Below are positions 62,090-64,000 of a DNA stretch of 64,000 nt, one piece after another. The notes beneath the pieces are model-generated. The model was not told the origin of the DNA and searched no databases. It saw nothing but the letters and a program-made list of their open reading frames with translations. This DNA comes from Chiloscyllium plagiosum (taxonomy: Eukaryota). Both the position numbers and the translations under genes were made by a program. Each line of letters begins with the position of its first letter. Position 1 is the stretch's first letter. The stretch spans positions 16,079,301 to 16,143,300 of the forward strand of contig NC_057720.1 of assembly GCF_004010195.1 (NCBI RefSeq), written 5' to 3'.

Positions 62090-63605
62090 TGTGAGGAATA
62101 AAAGGATGATTAGGGTAGGAATAGGGCCAATCAAAGACAGAAGTGGGAAGTTGAGTGTGGACCCTGTAGTGATCAGAGAGGTGCTAAACGAACATTTATC
62201 ATCAGTTTTCACTCAGGAAAAGGAGAATATTGTTGAGGAGAAGAATGAGATGCAAGATATTAGACTAGAAAGGATCGAGGTTAGTTACAAACAGGTGTTA
62301 TCAATTCCAGAAGGAGTGAAAGTAGACAAGTCCCCTGGGCTGGATGAGATTTATCCGAGGATTCTCTGGGAAGCTGGGGAGGAGATAGCAGAGCCTTTGG
62401 CTTTGGTATTTGAGTCGTCATTGTCTACAGGTTTAGTACAAGAGGACTGGAGGATTGCAAATGTTGTTCCCTTGTTCAAGAAGGGCAGCAGAGATGACCC
62501 AGGTTATTACAGACCAGTGAGCCTTACTTCTGTTATAGGAAAGGTTTATAAGAGATAAGGTTTCTAATCATCTAGCAAGCAACAATTTGATTTCAGATAG
62601 TCAACATGGTTTTGTCAAGGGCAGGTCATGTCTCACAAACCTCATTGAGTTTTTTGAGAAGGTGACCAAGCATATAGATGAGGGTAGGGCAGTTGACGTG
62701 GTATACATGGACATCAGTAAAGCCTNNNNNNNNNNNNNNNNNNNNNNNNNNNNNNNNNNNNNNNNNNNNNNNNNNNNNNNNNNNNNNNNNNNNNNNNNNN
62801 NNNNNNNNNNNNNNNNNNNNNNNNNNNNNNNNNNNNNNNNNNNNNNNNNNNNNNNNNNNNNNNNNNNNNNNNTGGAAAGATTCTTGGCAGTGTGGATGTG
62901 CAGAGGGATTTTGGAGTCCATGTACATAGATCCGTGAAAGTTGCCACCCAGGTGGATCGTGCTGTTAAGAAGGCATACGGTGTGTTAGGTTTCATTGGTA
63001 GAGGGATTGAGTTCCAGAGCCGCAATGTCATGCTGCAACTATACAAAACGTTGGTGCGGCCACACTTGGAATATTGTGTACAGTTCTGGTCCCCATATTT
63101 TGGGAAGGATGTGGAAGCAATGGGAAAGGTGCAGTGGATATTTACCAGGATATTGCCTGATCTGAAGGGAATGCCTTATGAGGAAAGGCTGAGAGACTTG
63201 AACCTGTTCTCATTGCCAAGAAGAAGGCTAAGAGGGGATTTGACAGAGACATACAAGATGATCGGAGGACTAGATAGAGTAGACAGTGAAAGTCTTTTTC
63301 CTCGGATGATGACATCAACGTGTACGAGGGGGAATAATTATAAATTGAGGGGTGATAGATTTAAGATCGATGTCAGAGGCGGGTTCTTTACGCAGAGAGT
63401 GGTAAGGGCATGGAATGCCCTACCTACTAAGGTAGTCAACTCAGCCACATTAGGGAGATTTAAACAATCCTTAGGTAAGCACATGGATGATGTTGGGATA
63501 GTGTAGGGGAACTATCTGAGAATAGTTCACAGGTCAGCACAACATCGAAGGCCGAAGGGCCTGGTCTGCGCTGTATTGTTCGATGTTCTTTGTTCTATGT
63601 TCTAT
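62090..63605 (+). mobile_element. 5'-truncated CR1 spanning an assembly gap
   Basis: DKSPGLDEIYPRIL, WRIANVVPLFKKG, YRPVSLTS, QHGFVKGRSCLTNL, LVRPHLEYCVQFWSP; TTCTATGTTCTA tail. Confidence 0.95.
62726..62872. other. Assembly gap (147 N)
   Basis: Run of N. Confidence 1.
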
Positions 63606-64000
63606 TACTGAGTAAGTTGAATGTTCACGCTATGTTTACATTTACTGTTTCTGTAAACAAACCACTGAAACATACTGTGTCTCTCATTTAAATAGGAAAA
63701 GGAGGAATGTAATATACTGAGAATTGTATTGTGTATTCTGTCCACTTAAGACTACCATAAATGCATACAAGCAGATTGAACCCAGCAGGAGAATAAAGGA
63801 ACTCACATTGACAGCCCATGCAGTCCTAATTCTGAAAGTCACTTACTGAATCTGACTGTTTGTTCCCAAGAACTTTGTGAAATGAAGACATATTAGTCAG
63901 TCTGTCTATGAAAATAAGGTGGACTTGAAAGGCCATAGAGGTTTGCAAGTATTTTTCTGTTTTGAATTATGGTAATAAAACAACTACAGCCTACGGCTAA

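Overview
Eukaryotic, repeat-dense, apparently non-coding DNA (intron or intergenic), inferred from its repeat repertoire to come from a cartilaginous fish (shark). I recognise no host-gene exon, RNA gene or CRISPR array; nearly all listed ORFs are decayed transposon frames or chance frames. Content: a near-full-length CR1 LINE (SGNH-esterase ORF1 plus APE-RT ORF2) and many CR1 3' fragments, Rex1/Babar-like LINE pieces, a further LINE family, four SINE families (HE1-like V-SINE, Deu-domain-like and two others) and Penelope and Harbinger remnants. A decayed Gypsy element with a tRNA-Pro PBS is split by a 2.4-kb Buster-type hAT transposon that retains both ends and an 8-bp TSD. The most striking recurrent signal is a family of about 12 short (about 70-340 bp) Penelope-like insertions. 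They are often fold-back hairpins, usually have 10-16 bp target-site duplications and carry a minimal hammerhead-ribozyme core (CTGANGA-stem II-GAAAC-GTC), sometimes on both strands. A perfect 92-bp inverted copy of nearby DNA is fused to a truncated SINE. Coordinates were counted by eye, so edges of old repeats are approximate, and family names come from motif recognition rather than database searches.
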